A stretch of DNA of 64,000 nt from an uncultured Clostridia bacterium (lineage in GTDB: Bacteria > Bacillota > Clostridia > Christensenellales > Borkfalkiaceae). Made by a program: the position numbers and the translations under genes. The notes below the pieces were generated by a model. That model saw nothing but the letters and a program-made list of their open reading frames with translations. It was not told where the DNA came from and ran no database searches. Shown here one piece after another: positions 48,061 to 57,632 of the stretch (positions within the stretch are counted from its first letter, which is position 1; every line of letters begins with the position of its first letter). The stretch lies in the NCBI GenBank assembly GCA_934271275.1, contig CAKQRD010000002.1, positions 99,925 to 163,924 of the forward strand. The letters run 5' to 3'.

Positions 48061-48570
48061 TTAAAGTTTTATAATTTCTTTAATTTTTGTTAAAACTTTC
48101 TTCAGCCGTTTACTAATCGCCTGTTGAGAAATTCCGTAATAAACTGAAAGTTTTACTTCGGAAAAACCTTTAAAGAATTTTAACATGATCAATTTACGTT
48201 CCTCATCGGAAAGCAGAAGAAAAGCATTATGCAATTGTTCTAAAATAATTTTATTTGTAACTTGTTCCTCCACATTCGTTTCGCAATCGACAAGAACACT
48301 TTCTCCAAGCATATCGGATGAATCCAAAGCATCGTAGGAAACGTCGCCGTTCTCACGGGATCTTTCGTCTATGTACTTTTGCCGACGTTTGTCTTTGTAA
48401 TACGATCTATATTCCTCTTCCGTTACTTCCATAAGCATTCCGTGTAACGGAAGAAAATATTTATTCGCATAATTCTTGTCCGCTTGTTCGAGCGTTTTAA
48501 GTTCGCTATACGTTATCTCCTTGTATTTTCCGTTTTCTAAAACAAATACTTTTTTCGGTGCGTATTTCAC
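48061..48570 (-). CDS. Sigma-70 region-4-like / HTH regulatory protein, typical of mobile elements.
   Basis: C-terminal HTH LKFFKGFSEVKLSVYYGISQQAISKRLKKVL. An inverted repeat tttgaaatttg...caaatttcaaa lies immediately upstream (48587-48626). Confidence 0.5.
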   Translation of the reverse strand: MKYAPKKVFVLENGKYKEITYSELKTLEQADKNYANKYFLPLHGMLMEVTEEEYRSYYKDKRRQKYIDERSRENGDVSYDALDSSDMLGESVLVDCETNVEEQVTNKIILEQLHNAFLLLSDEERKLIMLKFFKGFSEVKLSVYYGISQQAISKRLKKVLTKIKEIIKL

Positions 48571-49006
48571 TTTTTTCTCCTCCTGTTTTTGAAATTTGTT
48601 TTTTAGTCAAATTTCAAAAACGGAGGCGCGCGTATTCGCTTTGCTTTATTTACTTTTAAAAATACAAAAATGCGCCTATATCGCTTTTTGCTTTGCAATA
48701 TATGCGCATTATGAATTTCGCTTTCATTTCTCTTTTGTTTCCCGATTACTCTACATAAAACCTTATCCCTATCTAACCGCTATCTACAAATCCGTCGCTT
48801 TTTACGAGCGACGGCGCGCAGAAATAATTCCAACGCATAAAAAACCCTCCTTCCAAAAAACTCGGAAAGAAGGTTCTTTATTACATATTCAATCCGTCCC
48901 GTACTAACCTCGTTTTTTTATTACGGAACTGAAACTTTTGATAAAAATTTTTACTTTATTTTAAAAAACAGAAATAATTAACTCGTTATATATGTTTAGT
49001 CTGTCG

Positions 49007-49837
49007 CTACACTCCGGAATAAGCGGAGAAGCCGCCGTCTACGGGAAGTATCGTTCCCGTTATAAACCCGCTCGCCTTGTCGTCCGCAAGGAACAGTAAC
49101 GCCCCTATAAGGTCGCTTATCTCCCCGAACTTCTTCATTGGCGTTGCCGCCAATATCTTACCCGTCCTCGCCGTCGGCGTGCCGTCAGCGTTGAACAGTA
49201 AGTCTTTATTCTGTTTCGTCACGAAAAATCCGGGCGCTATCGCGTTGCAACGTATTCCGCACGGCGCAAAGTGTACCGCCACCCACTGCGTAAAGTTGTT
49301 TATCGCCGCTTTCGCCGCCGAGTACGCGGGTATCTTCGTAAGCGGTCTGTATGCGTTCATCGACGAGATATTGATTATATTCCCGCCCGTTTCAAGCATA
49401 TCTTCCGCAAACACCTGCGTGCATAAAAACGCGCTCGTCAGGTTCACGTCGAACACGAACTTGAACCCGTCCTCTTCTATCCCGAAAAAGTCCTTATTTA
49501 CTTTCGTTTCGGGAGTCATCGTTTCGTTATCCGTGGTCGCTTTGGGGTTGTTTCCGCCCGCGCCGTTGATTAGGAAGTTTACCTTCCCCCATTTTTCGTT
49601 TATAATCTTTTTCGCCGCGAGTATATCTTCTTTTTCGGTGCAGTCCGCGGATATTCCTATCGCGTTTTCTCCTATCTCGGTTGCAAGGGCTTCCGCAGTC
49701 GCTTTCGTTCTGTTAATGACCGCTACCTTCGCCCCGCATTCCGCAAGCGCGCGGCAGAAGTCGCTCATCATCACTCCCGCTCCGCCCGTCACAGCCGCTA
49801 CTTTGTCGCTTAAATCTACTTTGAACGGTATTTTCAT
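49007..49837 (-). CDS. uxuB: SDR-family oxidoreductase; from context likely D-mannonate oxidoreductase (UxuB-type).
   Basis: TGGAGVMM Rossmann motif. It overlaps uxuA by 4 nt. Confidence 0.6.
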   Translation of the reverse strand: MKIPFKVDLSDKVAAVTGGAGVMMSDFCRALAECGAKVAVINRTKATAEALATEIGENAIGISADCTEKEDILAAKKIINEKWGKVNFLINGAGGNNPKATTDNETMTPETKVNKDFFGIEEDGFKFVFDVNLTSAFLCTQVFAEDMLETGGNIINISSMNAYRPLTKIPAYSAAKAAINNFTQWVAVHFAPCGIRCNAIAPGFFVTKQNKDLLFNADGTPTARTGKILAATPMKKFGEISDLIGALLFLADDKASGFITGTILPVDGGFSAYSGV

Positions 49838-50868
49838 TTTCTCTCCTTTTCAATCGCTTCAAATAATCCGTTAAGATACGCCGCCCCTAACGCGCGGTCG
49901 TATAACCCGTACCCCGGTTTCGCGTTCTCGCCCCAGATGTTTCTTCCGTGGTCGGGGCGCAAGTACCCGTCGAATCCGTTATCTACGAGCGCTTTCACTA
50001 TCGCGTATATATCCACGTTCCCTTCCGCCGTCTGATGCCCGTTTTCGTAAAAATCGGTGTCGTTTACGAACTTCAACTGCCTTAAATGCGCAAAATATAT
50101 TCTGTCCGCATACTTCGCCGCCTTCTTCGGCAGGTCGTTGAATCTTCCCGCGCCGAGGCTTCCCGTACAGAAGGTCATTCCGTTGTGCCTGTTCGGCACC
50201 GCCTTAAACAGTCTGTCGTAGTCCTCTTCTTTTCCCACTATTCTCGGCAATCCGAATATATCCCACGGCGGATCGTCGGGGTGAATAGCCATATCTATTC
50301 CCGCTTCGTCGCACGCCGGCATTATTCCGTTTAAGAAATACACGAGGTTATCGAACAGTTTTTCGTGAGTCATTCCCTCGTACTCTTTGAGCAGCCCGTT
50401 AAGCTCCTCGCTCGTATAACTCTCGTCCCAACCTGGGAGGCGCAGATTCGTTTTATCGAGTTTATTAAAGTCCTCTTCACTGTACGAAAGGGAGGTCGAG
50501 CCGTCCTCGTGTTTATAATAGAGGTTCGTTCTGAACCAGTCGAACACGGGCATAAAGTTGTAACAGATACACTTTACACCCGCCTTGCCGCAGTTGATTA
50601 TATTCTGCCTGTAATTTTCTATCAACCTATCGCGGGAGGGCTTTCCGAGTTTTATATCCTCGTGTACGGGAACGCTTTCTATCACTTCCATTTTTAGTCC
50701 CGCGGCGTTTGCAAGAGATTTTAATCTCAACAATTTATCGAGTTCCCATACCTCTCCCACGGGCGTGTCGTACACGGCGGTCACTACTCCCGTCATTCCC
50801 TGTATCTGCTTTATGTAGTTAAGGGGAATACAATCTTTTTCCCCGTACCATCGAAACGTTAGCTTCAT
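49834..50868 (-). CDS. uxuA: Mannonate dehydratase.
   Basis: MKLTFRWYG... start; ...VIESVPVHEDIKLG...CYNFMPVFDWFRT... is near-colinear with E. coli UxuA. Confidence 0.85.
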   Translation of the reverse strand: MKLTFRWYGEKDCIPLNYIKQIQGMTGVVTAVYDTPVGEVWELDKLLRLKSLANAAGLKMEVIESVPVHEDIKLGKPSRDRLIENYRQNIINCGKAGVKCICYNFMPVFDWFRTNLYYKHEDGSTSLSYSEEDFNKLDKTNLRLPGWDESYTSEELNGLLKEYEGMTHEKLFDNLVYFLNGIMPACDEAGIDMAIHPDDPPWDIFGLPRIVGKEEDYDRLFKAVPNRHNGMTFCTGSLGAGRFNDLPKKAAKYADRIYFAHLRQLKFVNDTDFYENGHQTAEGNVDIYAIVKALVDNGFDGYLRPDHGRNIWGENAKPGYGLYDRALGAAYLNGLFEAIEKERK

Positions 50869-50908
50869 AAATAAATCCTTACTTTCTCAATCAATAAATA
50901 TTGCAGAA

Positions 50909-52054
50909 TTAAATTTTCATTTTTCCGCCGACGAACACGCTTTCTATCGTTATATCGTCGTCAAAAACCGCTACGTCCGCGTCGTAACCCTTTTCGATTC
51001 TACCCTTTTTTACCTTTAACAGTTTCGCGGGAACTTCGGTAAGCGTTTTTATCGCCTCGCACACCCCGTACCCGCAGGTCTTTACGAGCGTTCGGAGCAA
51101 ATCGTCCGCCATTGCAACGCTCCCCGCGAACGCGCTTCTGTCTTTTAACTTACACACGCCGTCCTCTACTATAAAGTCAGTTCCGCTCATCGTCCCCTCC
51201 TTTATTTCCGTTCCCGCTATCGCCAAGCTGTCGGTACAGGCAACCGTTTTATCAAACCCTTTTATCTTTATTATCATCTTTATAAGCTCGGGCGGGAGGT
51301 GCTTGCCGTCCGCAATTATCTCCGCGTACAGCTCGTCGCGAAGAAACGCGCTCTCTATCACCCCGAGCGAACGGAATCCGTGGTCGCGCGTCACAGTGGA
51401 TGTGCAGGAATATAAATGCGTAACGAGGTTACAACCGTTTTCTATCGCGGTTTTCATATCCTCGTACTTCGCGTCGGTATGCCCCGCAGACGCTATTATC
51501 CCGTTTCCCGTTATATACTTACAAAACTTCCCGTTCTCGTCGTTTTCGGGCGCGTAAGTCCATCTCGCTATATCGTTTCCGTACTCTTCTATAAGCGACT
51601 TATAATCTCTTTCGACGGGCTTCGTTATGAATTTAGGGCATTGCGCTCCGCACTGCTTTGCCGACAGATACGGTCCTTCCAGATGCGCGCCGATTATATT
51701 ATTTTCCGTTTTTCCGCTTCTCTTCGCCGAAGATATTTTTGCGACCGCGTCTTTCATCGTATCGAACGCCCCCGCGGTTACCGTCGGCACGACGCTCGTC
51801 GTCCCGTGTCTTAACTGAAAATTGCACGCGTTTATAACGTCCTCTTCCGTGCAGTTTATAAACGGATACCCGCCCGCTCCGTGCGTGTGCATATCTATAA
51901 ACCCTGCCGAAACGTACTTTCCCGTGTAATCGTATACCTTTTCTGCGGGAAACTCCTTCTCCGAAACCTCTCGTATAACCCCGCCTTCTATATATACAAA
52001 ACCCTTAAACAGTCCGTTCGGCGTAATTATTCCGTCGCTTTTTATCGCTATCAT
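50909..52054 (-). CDS. nagA: N-acetylglucosamine-6-phosphate deacetylase-like amidohydrolase.
   Basis: GFIDMHTHGAGG metal-binding motif. The start was moved to MIAIKSDG, whose ATGA overlaps the nagB stop. Confidence 0.7.
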   Translation of the reverse strand: MIAIKSDGIITPNGLFKGFVYIEGGVIREVSEKEFPAEKVYDYTGKYVSAGFIDMHTHGAGGYPFINCTEEDVINACNFQLRHGTTSVVPTVTAGAFDTMKDAVAKISSAKRSGKTENNIIGAHLEGPYLSAKQCGAQCPKFITKPVERDYKSLIEEYGNDIARWTYAPENDENGKFCKYITGNGIIASAGHTDAKYEDMKTAIENGCNLVTHLYSCTSTVTRDHGFRSLGVIESAFLRDELYAEIIADGKHLPPELIKMIIKIKGFDKTVACTDSLAIAGTEIKEGTMSGTDFIVEDGVCKLKDRSAFAGSVAMADDLLRTLVKTCGYGVCEAIKTLTEVPAKLLKVKKGRIEKGYDADVAVFDDDITIESVFVGGKMKI

Positions 52055-52809
52055 AACAGTGCCGAGCTTTTTTCGTCGAGATATAATTTCGCGGCGTCTC
52101 GCGTTCTCAATATACTCGCGGGGCAATGCTCGTCTATGCTGCCGTTAAGCGTTTCGTATACCGCTTTCGCTTTCGTCTCCGCGGGAACTATGCAGAAAAG
52201 CCACGGCGCGGAAACAAGCGTGGGAACGGTCAGAGTCATAGCGTGCGTAGGCACTTTTTCTATACTTTCAAAGCAACCGTCGTTCACCTGCTGATTGCGG
52301 CAGATTTCGTCGAGCTTTACGGGTTTTACAACCCTTTTATCGTTAAAATCAGCAACGTCCGGATCGTTAAAGGCTATGTGTCCGTTTTCCCCTATTCCCA
52401 TTACTACTATGTCCGTCGGGTTGTCTTTAAGGAGTCTTCCGTACCTCTCGGCTTCTTTTTCGGGATCTTTTGCGGTTATGTCTATATAATGTACGCTTTT
52501 AAGCGACACGAGTCCGAATATATGTGCCTTCAAAAAATTGCCGAAGCCCTGCGGCGCGTCCTCATCGAGTCCTATGTACTCGTCCATATGGTAGGCGTTT
52601 ATTCTGTTCCACTCTATCGTTTTATCTTCGACAAGCGCTTTCAGAACGTCGTTCTGACTCGGCGCGGCGGCGAATATCATATTGATTTCGTCCTTTTCGG
52701 CTAGTAATTCTCTGATTTTTGCCGCAATATCTTTTGCCGCCGCTTCGCCCATTTCTTCTCTGTTTCCATAAATCTTTACTTCTAATTTATCTTTAAAAAA
52801 TTCCTTCAT
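52051..52809 (-). CDS. nagB: Glucosamine-6-phosphate deaminase.
   Basis: MIFAAAPSQND...YHMDEYIGL...; 252 aa. Confidence 0.82.
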   Translation of the reverse strand: MKEFFKDKLEVKIYGNREEMGEAAAKDIAAKIRELLAEKDEINMIFAAAPSQNDVLKALVEDKTIEWNRINAYHMDEYIGLDEDAPQGFGNFLKAHIFGLVSLKSVHYIDITAKDPEKEAERYGRLLKDNPTDIVVMGIGENGHIAFNDPDVADFNDKRVVKPVKLDEICRNQQVNDGCFESIEKVPTHAMTLTVPTLVSAPWLFCIVPAETKAKAVYETLNGSIDEHCPASILRTRDAAKLYLDEKSSALL

Positions 52810-53648
52810 AATAAATCCTTTAATTTTTCTACCGCGTCCGAAAACGCTTCTTCCTGATTTCCGTATTTATACGGGTTATCGAACTCCTTTCCTACGAGAG
52901 CGTTAAGTCCCGAAAACGTTTGCAAATGCGGTTCAAGCGTTATAAACGTATCTTTTTTCCCGTTTACTTTGTAGTCGTCGAGAATTTTCTTTATCTTTGC
53001 TTCGCCCTTGCCCGCGGGGACTATCGCCCCCGCATAAAGAGCGTCTTTTATATGAAAATATTCGATATAATCAGATAAAAGCTTATACGCCGCAAACGGC
53101 TCGTATCCGTCTAACACAAAGTTGCCCATATCGAAAACGCATTTTACCTTGCCGTCGAAATGCTCGGCTATTTCAAGACATCTTTCAGGGCTTTCGCCGT
53201 AAATCAACGCCTCGTTTTCGTGACATAAGGTCAAGCCGAAGCTTTCGGAAAACTTAACAAGTTTTTCTAATTCTCCGAAAACCTTGCTTTTGCACTCGTC
53301 GAACGGAACGTTCTTTGAATAGAACGAGAAAATTCTTACGTTTTTCGTTTCAAGTTCGTTCGCCGTTTCAAAAACTCTTTCAGCCGCTTCGAGATGCACG
53401 TTCAAATCGCCGCTTACGTCGATTTTCCCTATCGGCGAACCTATCGACGAAACCTTAATACCGTACTCGTCGAGCGTTTTTTTAACTTCCTTAACCTCGC
53501 TTTTCGTTAAAGCCGAAACGTTTTTGCCGTTCACCCCGCGAAGCTCGATATGTTTTATGCCGAAGCCGTTCAAAGCCTCGCATTGCGTTTTTAAATTTTC
53601 CGCATATTCGTCCGCAAAAGCGGATAAAATCAATTCAGCCATCAACAT
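52806..53648 (-). CDS. Sugar phosphate isomerase/epimerase (xylose-isomerase-like TIM barrel).
   Basis: 280 aa; conserved HENE...D...HIKD...E metal-ligand spacing. Confidence 0.65.
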   Translation of the reverse strand: MLMAELILSAFADEYAENLKTQCEALNGFGIKHIELRGVNGKNVSALTKSEVKEVKKTLDEYGIKVSSIGSPIGKIDVSGDLNVHLEAAERVFETANELETKNVRIFSFYSKNVPFDECKSKVFGELEKLVKFSESFGLTLCHENEALIYGESPERCLEIAEHFDGKVKCVFDMGNFVLDGYEPFAAYKLLSDYIEYFHIKDALYAGAIVPAGKGEAKIKKILDDYKVNGKKDTFITLEPHLQTFSGLNALVGKEFDNPYKYGNQEEAFSDAVEKLKDLL

Positions 53649-53709
53649 TCACCTCTCCCGCACGGAATTAAATATTGAAAATTTTCTTTTCATTTTATTC
53701 TTCTTATTT

Positions 53710-56037
53710 CTATTCGTCACGAACTATGTCTACGCTATACAATCTGCTTCCGAAATCGTACATAATTCTCGTTATATTCGGATCTCCGCCACCCATCCAT
53801 TCAGTGTTTAATCTTATTCCGATTTTTTCAAGCGTCCTGCCGGATACTAAATATCTTTCGTATTCGCTCCGAACGGGTTCGCAAGCCTTTGCCGCGAGAA
53901 TCGTCTCTTCGTCGTCTTTTTCTGCACAATTCTGCCACGTTGCAGTAAGTTTGTCTCCCTTTTTCACAGGAAGGTATTGCACTCTCGTTTTAATTTCGTA
54001 AAGAGCATCCGGTTTAAGCCCGCAAACACGCAAAAACACCTGCGGAACGTATAGCTCCTGAATTTTGTTCGTAATGTTTACTACCGCGTGGTTTTTATCC
54101 TGCGAAACGACCGCCCAACTTGCATGCGTATCAAAAAAAACGCTTTTCAATCTGTAATAGTCGCCAAACTGCAATGTTTTTCTGTATTTTTTATACCACT
54201 CTATCTGCTGCATAACCGCTTTCGTATCTATGTCGGATATCTTCGTCAGATCCATTTCGTACCCGAACGCGCCTATGCAAGCCGTATTAAATCTGTTTTC
54301 AATGGTGCTTGCGCGTAGCGTATGTCCGTTTGGAGAAGCGGAAACGTGCGCACCCATCGCGCTTTGCGGATAACAGGTAAGCGTTCCTTCCTGAATCTTT
54401 ACTCTGTCGAAAAAATCGGTATTGTCGCTTGTCCAAAACTGCGGCGTATAGCAGAGCATTCCCATATCTACTCGATTACCGCCGCTCGCGCAGGATTCAA
54501 ACAATATTTTGGGGAATCGCTCCGTAAGCGTCTGCAAAATCGAGTATAAACCGAGCATATATCTGAAAGAAAACTCCTCTTGCCTGCCTTTAAGCTTCGG
54601 AGAATAGCACTCGGTGATATTACGGTTGCAATCCCATTTAACGTAAGTAACGTTAGTTGACGAAAAAACTCTCGTCATTGCTTCGATTATATATTCACGC
54701 ACTTCTTCATTGCATAAGTCCAGAACATATTGTCCGCAATGAAGAAGGGGCGTATAATCCGGATTTGCAACCGCCCAATCGGGGTGTGCGCGATATAAAT
54801 CGCTGTCCGGATTGACCATTTCAGGTTCTACCCAAATGCCGAAGTTAAGACCTATCGCGTTCAGCTTTTTGCAAAGCCCGTCAAGCCCTTCGGGCAGTCT
54901 TTCTCTGTTTTCGTACCAGTCTCCCAAACCTCTGCTGTTGTCCGTACGATTACCGAACCAACCGTCGTCTAAAACGAAAAGTTCTACGCCGAGAGCCTTC
55001 GCGCGCTTTGCGATTTTCAGCACTATTTCTTCCGAAACCTCAAATCTCGTAGCTTCCCAGTTGTTGCATAAAACAGGACGTTCACGATTCCGCCAATATC
55101 CGCGCACTATATGATTATTTATAAACGAATGATACTGACAAGTTAATCCGTTAGTACCGCAATCACTGAAACAGACCGTGGACTCGGGAGTATAAAAGGT
55201 TTCTCCCGCGGCAAGCCTCCACGAAAATCCGACGTCGTTTATACCGTTAATTATCCTGACCTTACCGAACAAACTCTTGTCGAGATAGGTGGCGTGATTC
55301 CCCGAATAAATCAGGTTAAAACCGTAGCACTCTCCGCTAAAATAACCGCAGTCATTCTTTTTTAGCACGACGTAAGGATTACGCTCCGCCGAAGAATAGC
55401 CGTAATTACTGTCTATTTTGGTAACGCCGCCCGCAAGCTTCGTCGTATTTATCTGCCTTTCCTTTGCCCAATACCCGTTAAGCGTGTCTACCAGAAAATC
55501 GTCGCCGCACACGTCGAGTTGGGCAGAAGAAAGCCGTTCGATAACAACCTCTTTTTCGCTCTCGTTGGTGAGCGCGGCGCTTTTCACTATAACGTCGCTG
55601 CCGTCTGTTAAAGAATAATAAAGGCGTAAAACAAGTTTTTTTGCCTTGTCACGCAACGTTATTTGCAGCGTTTCCGACTTGCCGTCGCTCTGCGGCAATA
55701 CGGGAAAATGAAAATCCGAAATTTTTTCCGCCTTCTCAAACAAAAATTCGTTGACAGAATCACCGTCGCAGTTTACGAGAACAGACGGCTCGCGAAAATC
55801 TCCGCGACCACGAACGGAATATTCAAACGACTTTGAATCAGGATACATAGCATAATCATTTGCCGTCGCCACAGGTCCGCAACCGAAAAGATTGCGTTCT
55901 TCTATAAACGCATAATCCGTTTCGGGAAATTTTGAACCATAATAAACGTTTTCAACGTGACCGGTCGGCAATATTTTCATCAGATAAGTCGTATTTACCG
56001 TATCTAATCTTATATATCCGTCTTTTAACTCAATCAT
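53710..56037 (-). CDS. Alpha-galactosidase, glycoside hydrolase family 36.
   Basis: GH36 N-domain start MIELKDGYIRLDT...; catalytic region KWDCNRN...CASGGNR. The start was trimmed to MIELK. Confidence 0.8.
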   Translation of the reverse strand: MIELKDGYIRLDTVNTTYLMKILPTGHVENVYYGSKFPETDYAFIEERNLFGCGPVATANDYAMYPDSKSFEYSVRGRGDFREPSVLVNCDGDSVNEFLFEKAEKISDFHFPVLPQSDGKSETLQITLRDKAKKLVLRLYYSLTDGSDVIVKSAALTNESEKEVVIERLSSAQLDVCGDDFLVDTLNGYWAKERQINTTKLAGGVTKIDSNYGYSSAERNPYVVLKKNDCGYFSGECYGFNLIYSGNHATYLDKSLFGKVRIINGINDVGFSWRLAAGETFYTPESTVCFSDCGTNGLTCQYHSFINNHIVRGYWRNRERPVLCNNWEATRFEVSEEIVLKIAKRAKALGVELFVLDDGWFGNRTDNSRGLGDWYENRERLPEGLDGLCKKLNAIGLNFGIWVEPEMVNPDSDLYRAHPDWAVANPDYTPLLHCGQYVLDLCNEEVREYIIEAMTRVFSSTNVTYVKWDCNRNITECYSPKLKGRQEEFSFRYMLGLYSILQTLTERFPKILFESCASGGNRVDMGMLCYTPQFWTSDNTDFFDRVKIQEGTLTCYPQSAMGAHVSASPNGHTLRASTIENRFNTACIGAFGYEMDLTKISDIDTKAVMQQIEWYKKYRKTLQFGDYYRLKSVFFDTHASWAVVSQDKNHAVVNITNKIQELYVPQVFLRVCGLKPDALYEIKTRVQYLPVKKGDKLTATWQNCAEKDDEETILAAKACEPVRSEYERYLVSGRTLEKIGIRLNTEWMGGGDPNITRIMYDFGSRLYSVDIVRDE

Positions 56038-56090
56038 AATTCTCTCCTTTCGTCTCAAATAATCGGTCTGAATTATTTTGCGACCGCTCG

Positions 56091-57584
56091 CTATTCCGCA
56101 ACAAAGCATAAAGGAATAAATTCACGCGCATATCCGTTTGAAATAGATACCTCGATAAGCACTTCGTTAACGGCGTTTACCGTTTCACCGGCTTTCAGCT
56201 TTATCGTTTTCGGCTCTGAAATACAGTCGGGCGTAAACGCCGTCCAGTGCGGAGCCAAAATATCGAATTTGGTCTTATCCGCAGTCAGTTCTTCGGGAAG
56301 CCATAACTTTATCCTTACGGTATGCGGTAAATTTCCATACGTCTTGATATTGTTCAAAATTCTTATTTCAAGCGTTCTTTCTTGTCCCGCAGTTATCCCG
56401 AATCCCTCTTTACATCCGATAATCGCCGTCACGCAACCGACCTTTTTCTGCATCGTGTTCTCTTTGAGAGTAAAAAGCGAAGCTCTCATAAGATCCGTTT
56501 CTTCGCTCTTTCCGTAAGGCAAGAAAAATTTCTTTATTTCTCCCTCCTCGCATTCCGATCTTTCGCCAAATTCCACCGTTACGGCATTCATTCTGTTAAA
56601 TCTTAAAACCGAAGGCGCAAGCGACGCTACCTTTTCCGTCAGTTCGACGCAGTTCTTTACACGAGGGAAAGACACGCACGCGTTTATCGTTCCCGTGACT
56701 ATCTCGTCGCCTATATACTCACGCCAATCCTTCGGTGTTCCCTCTGTCCCATGCATAAGTCCGAATATCGCGCCAACCGTACCTGCGGTGCAATCCGTAT
56801 CGTCTCCGCAATTAAGCGCGGTAAGCATTGACTTTTTGAAATCGCCTTCGCCGTACAACAATCCTATAACGACGTACCCGATATTAGACGGCGCCTGAAA
56901 CCACCCGTCCCCTATATCGGCGTTCATTTGCTGAACGGCGTTTCTAGTCTCGATGGTATCTATCCCCTTCCCGTAGCTTTCCAGAACGAATTTTACCGTT
57001 TTTGCCGTCCTGCTATCCGCAGGTATTTTGGACAAGCCTATTTCTATAAGACTTTTTAGGTCGGATACGACGAACGCCGCGCTTTCAAGAGCCGCGACGA
57101 AAGCCGCCGAATGCGTTCCCTCACCGTAGCCGTGATCTACCTTTGCGTCCTCTATCGCAAATCTTACCGCAAGGTCCGGATACGCAGGGGCAAGAGTTGC
57201 CCATACTTCCGTTCTTATCCACGCACCGTTAGAATGCTTCCAAGGGTTTTGAAGTTCGCCACAAAGCGGAGGCATCACTCCCTTTTCCATATTCCTTCTC
57301 GCTATGCCGTATTCGTTCCAATACCCCGTTATGAAAGAAAGCCAGTATTCGCCCAACACCTCGGAAGTTATATTTCTCGGTCCCTCAAACTCCACGGCGT
57401 GCAGCCATACAAGTTGTAAATCGAGGTCGTCGTTAGGCAAAACCTCGCCTTTCTTCGTAGCGAATCCCTTTACGTCGAGAATATCGCGTTTGCTTTCGTA
57501 CGGCGCGCCGATAGTTCCGCCCATATTTTTCCCGAGCCAACAAGCATATACCTTATCCTTGTATTCTTTGAAATTAAGTTTCAT
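56091..57584 (-). CDS. ADP-ribosylglycohydrolase-family protein with a C-terminal beta-rich extension.
   Basis: ACWLGKNMGGTIG N-terminal motif and the downstream GDDTDCTAGTVGAIFG are hallmarks of the ARH/DraG fold. Confidence 0.68.
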   Translation of the reverse strand: MKLNFKEYKDKVYACWLGKNMGGTIGAPYESKRDILDVKGFATKKGEVLPNDDLDLQLVWLHAVEFEGPRNITSEVLGEYWLSFITGYWNEYGIARRNMEKGVMPPLCGELQNPWKHSNGAWIRTEVWATLAPAYPDLAVRFAIEDAKVDHGYGEGTHSAAFVAALESAAFVVSDLKSLIEIGLSKIPADSRTAKTVKFVLESYGKGIDTIETRNAVQQMNADIGDGWFQAPSNIGYVVIGLLYGEGDFKKSMLTALNCGDDTDCTAGTVGAIFGLMHGTEGTPKDWREYIGDEIVTGTINACVSFPRVKNCVELTEKVASLAPSVLRFNRMNAVTVEFGERSECEEGEIKKFFLPYGKSEETDLMRASLFTLKENTMQKKVGCVTAIIGCKEGFGITAGQERTLEIRILNNIKTYGNLPHTVRIKLWLPEELTADKTKFDILAPHWTAFTPDCISEPKTIKLKAGETVNAVNEVLIEVSISNGYAREFIPLCFVAE

Positions 57585-57632
57585 AATCGTTCCTCGTAGT
57601 AAAAACTTCTTTCGGCAAAAGCCAAGCTTTTA

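Larger units (their letters stand above)
36554..48950. mobile_element. Putative integrated genomic island / mobile element: low-GC segment starting right after the tRNA-Gln 3' end, holding the ATPase/DUF2971 cassette, a serine recombinase array, mazF, a surface protein and a sigma-like regulator. The right boundary is approximate.
   Basis: GC falls abruptly to about 30% at 36.6-41 kb and about 40% to 48.9 kb, against about 50% on both flanks. A tRNA lies at the left junction and recombinase genes are present. Confidence 0.5.

Noticed and set aside
48571-49006. Direct repeat of the tRNA-Gln 3' end marking the right island border.
   Set aside because: - Only a weak, gapped resemblance was seen at 48889-48906.
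- It is too poor to call an att site without alignment.
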